64,000 nucleotides of DNA from Desulfosudaceae bacterium (GTDB lineage: Bacteria; Desulfobacterota; Desulfobacteria; Desulfobacterales; Desulfosudaceae). The translations under genes were made by a program, and so were the position numbers. The stretch lies in NCBI GenBank assembly GCA_963674745.2, contig CAXXDV010000003.1, forward strand, positions 1,184,001-1,248,000, read 5' to 3'. The notes beneath the pieces were generated by a model. The model searched no databases, was not told the DNA's origin, and saw only the letters and a list, made by a program, of their open reading frames with translations. Within the stretch, counting starts at the first letter, position 1; every line of letters starts with the position of its first letter. Of the stretch, positions 39,672 to 50,036 are shown in pieces.

Positions 39672-40255
39672 GTAGGGGCAACCCCCTGTGGTTGTCCTTC
39701 ACCGGGCAGGCACAGGGGCCTGCCCCTACAATGCCCATGGACGACCGGCAATATTCATGAACGCTCTCCCCGGCCCGTAGGGGCAACCCCCCGTGGTTGC
39801 CCTTCACCGGGCAGGCACGGGGGGCCTGCCCCTACAATGCCCATGGACGACCGGCAATATTCATGAACGCTCTCCCCGGCCCGTAGGGGCAACCCCCCGT
39901 GGTTGCCCTTCACCGGGCAGGCACGGGGGCCTGCCCCTACAATGCCCATGGACGACCGGCAATATTCATGAACGCTCTCCCCGGCCCGTAGGGGCAACCC
40001 CCCGTGGTTGCCCTTCACCGGGCAGGCACAGGGGCCTGCCCCTACAATGCCCATGGACGACCGGCAATATTCATGAACGCTCTCCCCGGCCCGTAGGGGC
40101 AACCCCCTGTGGTTGTCCTTCACCGGGCAGGCACGGGGGCCTGCCCCTACAATGCCCATGGACGACCGGCAATATTCATGAACGCTCTCCCCGGCCCGTA
40201 GGGGCAACCCCCCGTGGTTGCCCTTCACCGGGCAGGCACAGGGGCCTGCCCCTAC
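39672..40255 (-). repeat. Six tandem REP doublets in the opposite orientation (period 105-106 bp)
   Basis: GTAG at 39672, 39777, 39883, 39988, 40093 and 40198; identical 47-bp linkers. Confidence 0.95.
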
Positions 40256-40269
40256 AACAATTGCGAACG

Positions 40270-40397
40270 TCCTCAAACCTGGAACCTCAAACCCTGAACC
40301 CTTAATCACATAACCACTTAATCACATAATCACATAATCACATAACCACTTAATCACCTAAAACTTTAAAACTCTAACACTCTAAAACCTCAAACCC
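40270..40397 (-). repeat. Microsatellite arm (ACATAATC/CTAAAACT-type 8-mers and AACCTCA-type 7-mers)
   Basis: Reverse complement of the tracts at 2120-2300 and 5016-5200. Confidence 0.8.
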
Positions 40398-40431
40398 CTC
40401 CTAATTGACTGCGACAAACCGGGTTTCGCGA

Positions 40432-42387
40432 TCATTCATACCGCAACGCATCAACCGGATTGAAACCGGCCGCCTTTTGCGCCGGCCAGAGCCCGAATCC
40501 GATACCTACGGCAATGGAAAAGGTTGTCGCCAGGACGACGCTGGCCGGCGAGACCATGGTCGTCCAGCCGGCAAAAGTTGAAAGTCCGGTCGCAATACCC
40601 ACGCCCAGCAGTGTTCCAAGAAGCCCTCCACAGAAGGTCATGACAATGGATTCGATCAGAAACTGCACCATGATATCACGTGAGCGGGCGCCGATGGCAA
40701 TTCGGAGACCGATCTCCCGGGTTCGTTCCGTCACCGACACCAGCATGATATTCATGATGCCGATACCACCTACCAGCAGTGATATGGCCGCGATGGCCCC
40801 CAGTAAAATCCCCATGGTCCGGGTCGTGCTCCCCAGGGTCTCCTGGATCTCACTCAGATCCCGTATGTCGAATGTATCCTCCTGGTTTTTTGAAAGCCGT
40901 TGCCTGGTCCGAAGAAGGGACCGGATCGCCTCTTGAGCGGCCGGCATGGAGTCCTGGTCGACAACTTCCGCGTACATGGCATCGATATATTTTTTTCCCA
41001 GCACCCGGTACATGGCGGTCGTCACCGGCATCACCACGACATCGTCATTGTCCCGCCAGGCATTCGAGCCTTTTTGCGGCAGAACGCCAATGACGGTGAA
41101 GTTAATACGGTTGAATTTAACTGTTTTACCGATAGGGCTTTCCTGTCCGAAAAGTTCTTTGGCCACTGTCAGTCCGATTAACAGGACCTTGTCCCTCTGC
41201 CGGAGTTCTGTTTTGGTAAACCACCGGCCGATGGTGGGCATGGAGGCCCGCATGACACCGTAATCATATCCCACGCCTTCGACACGCGTGTTCCAGTTTT
41301 TATCCTTATACACCACCTGCCCGCTGCCGCCGACCATGCCGGCAGTGTATCGGAGCAGGTGCAGTTGCTTTACGGCTGTGACGTCGGCATCGGTGAACCG
41401 GGCGATATCGCCTCCGGCCGTGTGGATGCCGTGCATGCGTGGGGAGCCGGGCCGGATGGCCAGCAGATTGGAACCCAGGGATTTCAGACTTTCTTCAATG
41501 GATGTCTTGGCCCCGCGACCCAGGGCAAGCATGGCGATGACCGCCGCAACCCCGATGAGGATACCCAGGATAGACAGAAAAGACCGCATTTTGTGGGCGA
41601 ATACCGATGAAAAAGCCTGGCGAAGATGATCGGTAAAGGCAATACGGCCTATTTTAGGGGCGGACATGTCAAACATTTCAGTCCGTTCACCTTCCCCGGG
41701 AAAGGGGTTGGTGTTCTTTCTCGTTTCATCGGCAATGATCTCACCATCCCGCATATGGATTACCCGATCGGCATAATCTGCTACTTCTTTTTCATGGGTG
41801 ACCATTATGATGGTTTTGCCCTCCCGGTTCAGCTGCTTCAGAACATCCATGATATCGGCTTCGCTTTTTGTGTCCAGGTTTCCGGTGGGCTCGTCGGCAA
41901 AAATAATGGCCGGATCGTTGATCAGCGCCCGGGCGATGGCAACCCGCTGTTGCTCACCGCCGGACATCTCACCCGGCCTGTGATGCGCTCTTTGGGCCAG
42001 CCCTACCTGTGAAAGGCGTTCCAGGGCGAGCTCTTTCAGACCCCGCTTGCCGGCATAAATCAATGGCAGTTCTACGTTATCAACGGCTGAAGATCTTTGC
42101 AGTAAATGAAACTGCTGAAACACGAATCCGGCCAGATGGTTTCTGAGGGCAGCCAGGGTGTCGCTGTCCAGTCGGGTGACATCCTTGCCGAACAGGGTGT
42201 AAGTGCCGCTGTCGGGCCTGTCCAGCAGGCCCAGTGTGTGCATCAGGGTCGATTTCCCGGAACCGGAGGGCCCCATGATGGCGATAAATTCACCCGCTTC
42301 AATGGTCAGGGAAACATTTCGCAGGGCATGTACTTTGACATCACCGGTGCGATAAACCCGGGAGAGATTCTCAATCGCGATAATCAT
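40432..42387 (-). CDS. macB: MacB-type ABC ATPase-permease fusion
   Basis: GPSGSGKST, MSGGEQQRVAIARAL, VGGIGIMNIMLVSVTERTREIG, DALRYE. Confidence 0.93.
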   Translation of the reverse strand: MIIAIENLSRVYRTGDVKVHALRNVSLTIEAGEFIAIMGPSGSGKSTLMHTLGLLDRPDSGTYTLFGKDVTRLDSDTLAALRNHLAGFVFQQFHLLQRSSAVDNVELPLIYAGKRGLKELALERLSQVGLAQRAHHRPGEMSGGEQQRVAIARALINDPAIIFADEPTGNLDTKSEADIMDVLKQLNREGKTIIMVTHEKEVADYADRVIHMRDGEIIADETRKNTNPFPGEGERTEMFDMSAPKIGRIAFTDHLRQAFSSVFAHKMRSFLSILGILIGVAAVIAMLALGRGAKTSIEESLKSLGSNLLAIRPGSPRMHGIHTAGGDIARFTDADVTAVKQLHLLRYTAGMVGGSGQVVYKDKNWNTRVEGVGYDYGVMRASMPTIGRWFTKTELRQRDKVLLIGLTVAKELFGQESPIGKTVKFNRINFTVIGVLPQKGSNAWRDNDDVVVMPVTTAMYRVLGKKYIDAMYAEVVDQDSMPAAQEAIRSLLRTRQRLSKNQEDTFDIRDLSEIQETLGSTTRTMGILLGAIAAISLLVGGIGIMNIMLVSVTERTREIGLRIAIGARSRDIMVQFLIESIVMTFCGGLLGTLLGVGIATGLSTFAGWTTMVSPASVVLATTFSIAVGIGFGLWPAQKAAGFNPVDALRYE

Positions 42388-43361
42388 TTTTTCTTTTTCT
42401 TGGAGCCAAACGGTAAAAACGGATTACTGCCGGTTTTGTCCTCAGGGACGACGTATTTCTGGCGTTTCACGATGACGATCGTATTTTCATCGATACCGTC
42501 GACAATCTCGACCCGGTCGGTATTGGAAAGGCCGATGGTGACTTCTGTTTCAACCGGCTGGGCGGTGTCGGCCTGTTTTGTCAAGACACTTTTTTTACCA
42601 TTATGTTCGATCAGGGCTTCGACGGGAATCAGTAACACGTTTTCTTTACGTCTAACCGTGATGTCCACATTGGCACTCATTCCGGAACGGAAATAATCGG
42701 GTATGAATTCCGGAAAAACGTCGACCTGATAGACGGTCACATTATTGGTAATTGTTGATTCATAGGCGATATGCTCGACAACACCGGGGAGCTGGTTTTC
42801 CGGATAAGCGTCCAGGGCAATTACCGCTTTCTGTTCGGGCTTGACCAGGCCGATATCGGTTTCATCCACCTGGGCTTTGACAATCAACCGGTCGGAGAGT
42901 ACGATTACCGCGTTTGAAGTGGTTATCGTCTGTCCCGGTTCAACCGACCGGACAATCACTTCTCCGTTTATGGGGGAAATCAGGGAAGTTGCTTTATAGA
43001 CATTCTCCCAGTAATCCATAACCGATTCCCCCTGTCCCCGGGCGGCGTCGAGCAAGGCCGCCCGTTCCGTGGAACTCATGCGGGCCACGATCTGCCCCTT
43101 CTTGACCTGATCACCTTCCTTGACCAGCAATTCTTCAATCCGTCCGTTGATGGCCGGCTTGACTTCAAGACGGTTTTTCGGCTCTACAATCCCGGTGGTG
43201 GAAATCGAAACCTCCATATCACCGGGGACCGGGTGAATTTCTTCCATGATGAAGTCGGCTGACGGATTTTTTTCGTTCCTGTATCGACTGTACCAGATAC
43301 CGGCGCCAATAATGATAACGATCAGAACGAGATAGACAATTTTATTTTTTTTCAAGATCAT
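42384..43361 (-). CDS. macA: MacA-type periplasmic adaptor
   Basis: N-terminal TM, VKEGDQVKKGQ lipoyl motif, VDETDIG, RSGMSANV. Confidence 0.85.
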   Translation of the reverse strand: MILKKNKIVYLVLIVIIIGAGIWYSRYRNEKNPSADFIMEEIHPVPGDMEVSISTTGIVEPKNRLEVKPAINGRIEELLVKEGDQVKKGQIVARMSSTERAALLDAARGQGESVMDYWENVYKATSLISPINGEVIVRSVEPGQTITTSNAVIVLSDRLIVKAQVDETDIGLVKPEQKAVIALDAYPENQLPGVVEHIAYESTITNNVTVYQVDVFPEFIPDYFRSGMSANVDITVRRKENVLLIPVEALIEHNGKKSVLTKQADTAQPVETEVTIGLSNTDRVEIVDGIDENTIVIVKRQKYVVPEDKTGSNPFLPFGSKKKKK

Positions 43362-44667
43362 ATTCCAGTGTTTCTCCCATCGCCTGAATCCAGTAAGCGT
43401 GAGCGGTCAGCGCTTCCGTCAGGTAGGACAGCCAGGTTTTCCGGTCTCTCTCCAGATCATCTTCAATAATGGCCCAGTTATCAAAGGAGATCAATCCGTT
43501 TGAATATTCAACCTGTGTGATTCTGGCCCGCTCTTCCGATGCTTTTAAAAAGGCCTCGCCGACAGCGACCCGGTCGACGGCATCCTGAAGATCGGACCAG
43601 CCTGTAAACAGGGTGTAAAGTACTTCATGGTAGCCGCTCTTTTCTTCGGCCAGGGCCTGTCTCAGCCCGGAGTCCGCCTTTTTGAGTGCTGCAAATCGGC
43701 TGCCGCCCTCAAACAGAGGGATGGATAGAGAAAGGCCGGCCGACCACCTGTCCCGTTCCGGCGGCCAGTCCGAATCGCTCCTGCCGGCCGACGCTTCGGC
43801 GTAAATCTGAGGGAAAAAATCGGATTTCGCGATGTCTTTTTCTGACCGGGCAATATCCTTTTGCGCCACCAGTTCTTGTAAAAACGGTGTCTCATGGGCC
43901 AGTTTTTCAAAGTCCGGGATGCCGGAACCGATTTCCGGCAATGTCATGTCTCCGACAATAGAGATCGACTCTCCGGTACTTCGGCCCAGCTCCCTGGCCA
44001 GACGCCAGCGGGCCAGTTCAATAGCCCGCCTGGAAGATTGAATTTCATATTCGGCCTGGGCCAGGTTGGCCCTGGCGGACAGCAACGATCCCCGGTGTTC
44101 CCGGCCGGCTTCGTAGCGGAGTTCGACCAGCCCCAGGTTCTGCTTCCGTCTTTCGGCGATTTCTTCTGTAATGGAGAGCAGCTTGCGGGCCTGAAGCAGT
44201 TTGATGAAGGCGACGCGAAGATCCAGTCGTATGCGTGATGAAACCAAATCGTAAGCAAACTGCCCGGCGGTTACGGCCGTCCGGGATGAGGCGAGCTGGT
44301 TGGCTGTCCGGCTGCCGTCATAAAGCAGTTGCCGGCCGCTGATGCTGTACCCGTGAGAACTGGTGGCGGGTTGGTCGTCACTGTCGCTGCGGCTGCTGTT
44401 AATAGAAGCGCTGACCTGGGGCAGGGCGGCGCTTCGGACGATATCCTCGTTGACCATGGCCTGGTTTAACTGTTCCCTGGCTGAGCGCAGGTCGGGATGG
44501 GAGATTAATGCTTCCCTGACGCACGCTTCCCAGGAAAAAGGCCCTTCTTCCGCGAACAGGAGTTGCCCCGACAACCCGCAGATAAATGGAATCAGGGCTG
44601 TTATCATGATGATACGAAAAAATCCGGCCGGCCGGGCCGGGAAAGTTCCCGGGCAAAAAAGATGCAA
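43342..44667 (-). CDS. TolC-family outer-membrane protein of the MacAB system (start uncertain)
   Basis: OEP repeats, RYEAG, LSIPLFEGG; overlaps the macA start. Confidence 0.88.
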   Translation of the reverse strand: MHLFCPGTFPARPAGFFRIIMITALIPFICGLSGQLLFAEEGPFSWEACVREALISHPDLRSAREQLNQAMVNEDIVRSAALPQVSASINSSRSDSDDQPATSSHGYSISGRQLLYDGSRTANQLASSRTAVTAGQFAYDLVSSRIRLDLRVAFIKLLQARKLLSITEEIAERRKQNLGLVELRYEAGREHRGSLLSARANLAQAEYEIQSSRRAIELARWRLARELGRSTGESISIVGDMTLPEIGSGIPDFEKLAHETPFLQELVAQKDIARSEKDIAKSDFFPQIYAEASAGRSDSDWPPERDRWSAGLSLSIPLFEGGSRFAALKKADSGLRQALAEEKSGYHEVLYTLFTGWSDLQDAVDRVAVGEAFLKASEERARITQVEYSNGLISFDNWAIIEDDLERDRKTWLSYLTEALTAHAYWIQAMGETLEYDLEKK

Positions 44668-44774
44668 AGCAATCCTCTACAGACTTGTTGAAAACGATCC
44701 GTTTTTTCAGCATAATCTCTGTTTTCGGCCAGATTGTCAAGAGTTAAGCCGGAAGGCGCAGGATACAAATTCAT

Positions 44775-44798
44775 GTAGGGGCACGGCGTGCCGTGCCC
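44775..44798 (+). repeat. Single GTAG REP variant
   Basis: GTAGGGGCACGGCGTGCCGTGCCC, the same variant as at 37400. Confidence 0.75.
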
Positions 44799-44944
44799 GA
44801 TTGTAAATTATGTCCATTCAGGGCTCCCCCCTGTGGCTGCCCTTTGATTAAAAAGCATGAAATATCAGGGGCAGGTTTACAACCGAGGCTGATTAAAGTA
44901 AGTTTGAAATTAAAACCAGTGACTTCTTTACAGGATTCCCTTTT

Positions 44945-45916
44945 ATGCCTGTCTCCAACATTGAACGCCTGCGGCAATTCTACAGCCGATTCAAGGCCGG
45001 TGATCGTGTGCTGGTGGTTATTAATGCCGACCCTGATGCCATCGCCAGCGCCATGGCCGTGAAAAGACTGTTATGGAAACGGGTGGCTTCCGTAACCCTG
45101 AGCAACATCAATGTAATCGAACGACCGGATAACCTTGCCATGGTCCGGTTGCTGACGACCGGTTTGGTCCATATCGGCGGGGTCGACATCAATCAGTATG
45201 ATCGTTTCGTGATTGTGGATTCTCAGCCCCACCATCATGAATGGTTTTCTGTTTTTAACCCCGATGTGGTGATCGATCATCACCCGCCGGGAAAAACCCC
45301 GATTACCGGTTATGCCGATATCCGGCCGGAATACGGGGCCACCTGCACCATGATGGTTGAATATCTGAAAGCAGCCAAAATTTCACCCGCCATCAAACTG
45401 GCCACCGCTCTTTACCTGGGCATCAAGGTGGATACCGGTAATTTCGAACGACGTGTGCTGATGGAAGATGTGCGGGCTTTTCAATTCGTCTATCAGCGGG
45501 CCAATGTGTATCTTGCCCGGAGAATCGAGCAGGAGGAGATCAAACGGGATTTTTTAAAATATTTTTCAAGGGCCCTGGATCGTCGAACAATCTCGAATAA
45601 CAGGGTTTTTGCTCACCTGGGGCAGGTGGAAAGCCCGGATGTGTGTGTCATCCTGGCTGATTTTTTCATGCGTGTCAGCGCCATCCGCTGGAGCGTCGTG
45701 TCCGGAGTGCATGGCAGAACACTGGTCGTTATTTTCAGAAACGACGGCATCAGCCGGGATGCCGGCAAAACAGCCGCAAAACTGTTCGGGTCCATGGGGG
45801 CTGCCGGCGGGCACAAGGGAATGGCCCGGGCCGAAGTCGACCTGGGGGTGTTTTCAAACAAAACAGGCGTTAAAAGCGGACAGGAGATTCAGGAGTGGAT
45901 AGCGGATCATTTTTAA
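44945..45916 (+). CDS. DHH-family phosphoesterase (NrnA-like)
   Basis: ADPDAIAS, IVDSQ, IDHH, GIKVDT and AGGH motifs. Confidence 0.9.
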   Translation: MPVSNIERLRQFYSRFKAGDRVLVVINADPDAIASAMAVKRLLWKRVASVTLSNINVIERPDNLAMVRLLTTGLVHIGGVDINQYDRFVIVDSQPHHHEWFSVFNPDVVIDHHPPGKTPITGYADIRPEYGATCTMMVEYLKAAKISPAIKLATALYLGIKVDTGNFERRVLMEDVRAFQFVYQRANVYLARRIEQEEIKRDFLKYFSRALDRRTISNNRVFAHLGQVESPDVCVILADFFMRVSAIRWSVVSGVHGRTLVVIFRNDGISRDAGKTAAKLFGSMGAAGGHKGMARAEVDLGVFSNKTGVKSGQEIQEWIADHF

Positions 45917-45993
45917 AGACACCATTAATTCTTAATACTTCATAACGATGTGCGGTTGCCGCAATATTCAATAAACATGATGAGGAGGAGACC

Positions 45994-46941
45994 ATGGCCT
46001 ATGTTTACGATTATGTCTGTGCAGGATTGACTATCCTTGATATTCTGGGCCGGCATATTGAAAAAATTCCGGAAGGCGGCGCCACGGAAATTATTGACCA
46101 GATACGGATTACCCCGGCCGGAACGGCTGCCGGTCCTGCGGTGATCGGTTCCCGGTACGGACTGAAAACCGCCCTTGTGGGTGCTATCGGTAAAGATGAC
46201 ATGGGGCAGATCCTGGAAAGCATGCTCGAGGCAGCTAATGTGGATACGGCTTTGCTTCAGCACCGTGACGACATGCCCACTTCCGCAACCATGCTGGCGG
46301 TGACGCCCCGGGGGCAACGGCCCAATTTTCATGCTATCGGCGCCTCGGTAATGCTGGAGCTTGATGAAGCCCGGAAGAACGCCATTGTCAACAGTCGCTT
46401 TGTTCACTGGGGTGGTGTCGGTACCATGCTTCTTCTGGATGGCGGTCCCGGCGTCGAGGTTCTAAAAGCTGCCCGGGAAAACGGGGCCACGGTAACCTGT
46501 GATTTTATCGCACCCGGACCTGAAATAATGGATGCCTTGAAACTGGTAATGCCGCATGTGAACTATTTTATGCCCAGCCTGGAAGAAGCCATGGCGGTGG
46601 CGCAAACCAGCGGCCCGGAAGACACGGGCCGGTTTTTCATCGATATGGGGGCAGATGCCTGCGTGATCAAGTCCGGCGCACGGGGTTCTTTTTTGATTAC
46701 CCGAAAAGACCGGATACATATTCCGGCACTGGCGGTTGATGTGGTGGATACAACCGGTTGCGGGGATGCCTACTGTGCGGGATTTGCGGCCGGTCTGGCA
46801 CAGGGGTGGACACCGGAAAAAGCCTGTCGGTTCGCGTCGGCAACCGCCGCTCTGGTCGCAACGGGATTGGGCAGTGATGCCGGCGTAACGGATTTTGAGG
46901 CAACCCTGTCGGCCATGGAGAATTTAAAGCCGCTTGATTGA
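45994..46941 (+). CDS. PfkB/ribokinase-family carbohydrate kinase
   Basis: GAIGKDDMG; VVDTTGCGDAYCAGF signature. Confidence 0.92.
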   Translation: MAYVYDYVCAGLTILDILGRHIEKIPEGGATEIIDQIRITPAGTAAGPAVIGSRYGLKTALVGAIGKDDMGQILESMLEAANVDTALLQHRDDMPTSATMLAVTPRGQRPNFHAIGASVMLELDEARKNAIVNSRFVHWGGVGTMLLLDGGPGVEVLKAARENGATVTCDFIAPGPEIMDALKLVMPHVNYFMPSLEEAMAVAQTSGPEDTGRFFIDMGADACVIKSGARGSFLITRKDRIHIPALAVDVVDTTGCGDAYCAGFAAGLAQGWTPEKACRFASATAALVATGLGSDAGVTDFEATLSAMENLKPLD

Positions 46942-47613
46942 TTACGGGGCTGCCTTTTGCTGCTCTTCTGCCAGCAGGGCGGCCAGCAGGGTCTGCGTAT
47001 CCTCCGGCAGTTCGTTGACAGGCAATCCGGTGGCCAGCGCCCGGTAATAAATTTCCGCCGCCTTTTCCAAAAGAGCGGCGTTACGTATGGCTTTGACCAC
47101 ATCCGTCCCCAGGCTGAGCGCTCCGTGGTTTTGGAGAATATAGCAATTGGCATGGTTGCTTAACAGGGGTGCCAGGTTTTCGATGAGTTGCGGGCTGCCG
47201 GAAAAACCATATGGCACGACTTCTACCCGGTTACCGATAAAAAGGGATACTTCGTCAAACAGGGCCGGGATGGGCCGGTTAATCAGCGCGAAAATACTGG
47301 CAAACCGCTGATGGGTGTGGGCCACAGCCTTCACGTCCGGCCTCCGGCGATAGACCTGTAAGTGCATGCCGGCTTCGATCGACGCCTTTTTGCTGTTCTC
47401 AACCAGGGGAGACAGGTCCGGGCCTAGCACACAGATATCCCTGGACGTCATGTCCTGATATGGTGTCTGAGAAGGCGTAATCGCCAGGCCGTCCGTCTTA
47501 CCGACGCGGACCGAGACATTCCCGCCGGTCTCCTGCGCCAGCAGCCCCATCTCCACCAAAGACCGAACCCCTTTGATAACCGCTGATTGATAAGATTCAA
47601 ATGGATGTGACAT
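46942..47613 (-). CDS. Class II aldolase/adducin family protein (FucA/AraD-like)
   Basis: GGNVS, ITPS, SIEAGMH, HTH and LQNHG metal ligands. Confidence 0.92.
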   Translation of the reverse strand: MSHPFESYQSAVIKGVRSLVEMGLLAQETGGNVSVRVGKTDGLAITPSQTPYQDMTSRDICVLGPDLSPLVENSKKASIEAGMHLQVYRRRPDVKAVAHTHQRFASIFALINRPIPALFDEVSLFIGNRVEVVPYGFSGSPQLIENLAPLLSNHANCYILQNHGALSLGTDVVKAIRNAALLEKAAEIYYRALATGLPVNELPEDTQTLLAALLAEEQQKAAP

Positions 47614-47614
47614 A

Positions 47615-49555
47615 TTATTCTGATCCGCTTCCCCTGTTGAATACTTTATTTAAAACCGCGGCCACCTGGCCCGTTGTAAAGGGCTTTGGTAAGACCCCGG
47701 AAAACCCGTAATCTTTATAATTGGCCAGGATGGGATCATTTGAATATCCGCTGGAGACAATGGCTTTGACGGCCGGGTCAATTTTTAACAATTCGGGTAT
47801 GACCCTGGCGCCGCCCAGTCCTCCCGGAACGGTCAAATCCAGGATGACCAGGTCAAACGGTTCCCCGGAGCGGTGTGCCTGACGATACTGCTCAATGGCT
47901 TCGGTACCGTCTTTTACAGCCATGGTTTCGTATCCCATCTGTTCCAGTATGGTGGTCGATATTTTCAGGATCTGCTCATGATCATCCATGACCAGTACTT
48001 TTCCTGTTCCCTGATGCGCCGTGTTTTCGTTACAGGTGTTTTGGCTTGTTTCGTCGCAGGCCGGCAGAAAAAGCGTCATGACAGTTCCTTCGTTTACTTT
48101 TGAACGGGCATTGATGTGTCCGCCGTGCCTTTTGATTATTGAAAATGTGGAGGCCAGCCCCAGGCCGCTTCCTTGCTGTTTGGTCGTGAAATAGGGGTCA
48201 AATATTTTTGAAAGATGTTTTTCCAGAATACCGACACCCTTGTCTTCAATTTCTATTTTGATAAACCTGCCGTCAGGTAAAGGCAGGCCGGCGTTTGCAA
48301 CAATCCTTATGTTCGCCGTTCTGATTTTGATCGTACCGCTCTCGGGCATTGCCTGGCAGGCATTTAAGACAAGATTGCCTATGGCCTGATTGATCTGCCC
48401 CGGATCGATGTCAGCCGGCCATAAGTCTCTGGCAAGTTCAAAAACACAGGTCGACCCGGACCCACTGGTGACAAAGCGGGCTGTCTCTTTAATGAGTTGA
48501 TTGAGGTCCGTTGACTGTTTAACGGGCTCGCCGCCCCTGGCAAAGGTCAACAGCTGCTGGGTCAGGCCCTGGGCCTGCAAGGCACCGGTCTGTATACCCG
48601 TCAGTATCTCGTACAGCGGGTCCATTTTGTCGAGCTTGTCCCGGGCCAGGGACGTGTTGCCGATAATAACACCGAGCATGTTGTTGAAATCGTGAGCAAT
48701 GCCTCCGGCCAGCGTGCCGATGGCCTCCAGTTTTTGAATCTGAAGCCGCTGGGCTTCCAGTTCTTCTTTCTGTTTTTGAACCCTGGTGACTTCTGTAATA
48801 TCGCGAACAATGCCGCTGATAACGGTCACCTTTCCGTTTTGTCGCTCCAGGGGCACTTGAACCGTGTGAAAAACGTATTCGTTGGCCCCCATTTTGAGGG
48901 TTCTGATTTCGTTGACTTCCTCCCCGTTAAAGGTTTTGTCATCGACTTCTTTGACAACTTCAGCGAATTCGGGATTAAATAACTGTTCGGGTGTTTTACC
49001 GATTATCTCCGCCTCATTCAGACCGAACAGTTTCGCCATGGCGGGATTGACAAAGGTATATTGCCTTTTGTCATTTTTAATGAAAATGAAATCCTGGGCG
49101 GCTTTTGTGACCGTCTCATATCGATGTTCGCTGGCCTGAAGCGATTGTCGCATCTGCTTCCGGTCGGTGATGTCCCTGCCGACCGCAATATATTTTTCAC
49201 CGTTACCGGTATCCCATACTTTCCAGTCAATCCAGCGTATTTCACCATTTTTACAACGGTAGCGGTTTTCGATTTCAATCAGTTTTTTTCCCGCAGAAGC
49301 GCTGAGCAGAGCGCTTTTTGTCCGCTCTAGGTCATCCTCATGCACGAAATGGAGGAACGGTTTACTGCAGAATTCTTCCGGCGTATAACCCAGAATTTTT
49401 TCAAAGGAATCGTTGATCTTTTCAAAATAGCCTTCCAGGTTAGCCGAACCGATCATATCCGGTGAAAGGTCGAAAATCTGCTGGAGCTCTCCGGCCAGTT
49501 TTTCGTTCGCTTGAACAATAGCGGTTAATTCTTCGTAGGTCGGTTTGTCATTCAT
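47615..49555 (-). CDS. PAS-PAS hybrid histidine kinase with receiver (CckA-like architecture)
   Basis: Two PAS/PAC domains, GGIAHDFNN H-box, FDPYFTTK, REC (MDD, LDLTVP, KPF). Confidence 0.92.
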   Translation of the reverse strand: MNDKPTYEELTAIVQANEKLAGELQQIFDLSPDMIGSANLEGYFEKINDSFEKILGYTPEEFCSKPFLHFVHEDDLERTKSALLSASAGKKLIEIENRYRCKNGEIRWIDWKVWDTGNGEKYIAVGRDITDRKQMRQSLQASEHRYETVTKAAQDFIFIKNDKRQYTFVNPAMAKLFGLNEAEIIGKTPEQLFNPEFAEVVKEVDDKTFNGEEVNEIRTLKMGANEYVFHTVQVPLERQNGKVTVISGIVRDITEVTRVQKQKEELEAQRLQIQKLEAIGTLAGGIAHDFNNMLGVIIGNTSLARDKLDKMDPLYEILTGIQTGALQAQGLTQQLLTFARGGEPVKQSTDLNQLIKETARFVTSGSGSTCVFELARDLWPADIDPGQINQAIGNLVLNACQAMPESGTIKIRTANIRIVANAGLPLPDGRFIKIEIEDKGVGILEKHLSKIFDPYFTTKQQGSGLGLASTFSIIKRHGGHINARSKVNEGTVMTLFLPACDETSQNTCNENTAHQGTGKVLVMDDHEQILKISTTILEQMGYETMAVKDGTEAIEQYRQAHRSGEPFDLVILDLTVPGGLGGARVIPELLKIDPAVKAIVSSGYSNDPILANYKDYGFSGVLPKPFTTGQVAAVLNKVFNRGSGSE

Positions 49556-50036
49556 TTTTATTTCCTTCGCCGCCGCCATACAGAATGGCTTCCAGCTCCC
49601 TGGTTTTCGGGCGGAAATAGATCATGGAGATGGCGCTGATAAACATGAACGAATACAACAGTTGAAAGTCCTGGCATAAAAAAAACAACACTAGCCCGTA
49701 AATACCGACACTCTCGCAAATAGCGCAGGAGATCAAAACAATAACGGTATATTTTCCGGCGGCCTGGCTGATGTCCGCCTGTTTTCGGCCAGCCATTTTT
49801 AACATAAACCATCTGAGGAAAAAGGCGATAACCACTTCAGTGACGCCAACCGCAAACAGGATATTGGTAAAAAGCGCCAGAGGGAAATCAGGTCCCAGTG
49901 TGTTTGAATCCAACTGGTCCATTACCAAATGGGCCATAATGATATACATCAGCAATGAAAAAAACATGGCACCCCAGATGATCCAGGTCATGACCATTTT
50001 TTTTGCCAGTTCTTGTTTTTCTTCCATGGTTGCCAT
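49548..50036 (-). CDS. Hypothetical four-TM membrane protein
   Basis: 162 aa, hydrophobic, GGAGG RBS, overlaps the kinase start. Confidence 0.75.
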   Translation of the reverse strand: MATMEEKQELAKKMVMTWIIWGAMFFSLLMYIIMAHLVMDQLDSNTLGPDFPLALFTNILFAVGVTEVVIAFFLRWFMLKMAGRKQADISQAAGKYTVIVLISCAICESVGIYGLVLFFLCQDFQLLYSFMFISAISMIYFRPKTRELEAILYGGGEGNKNE

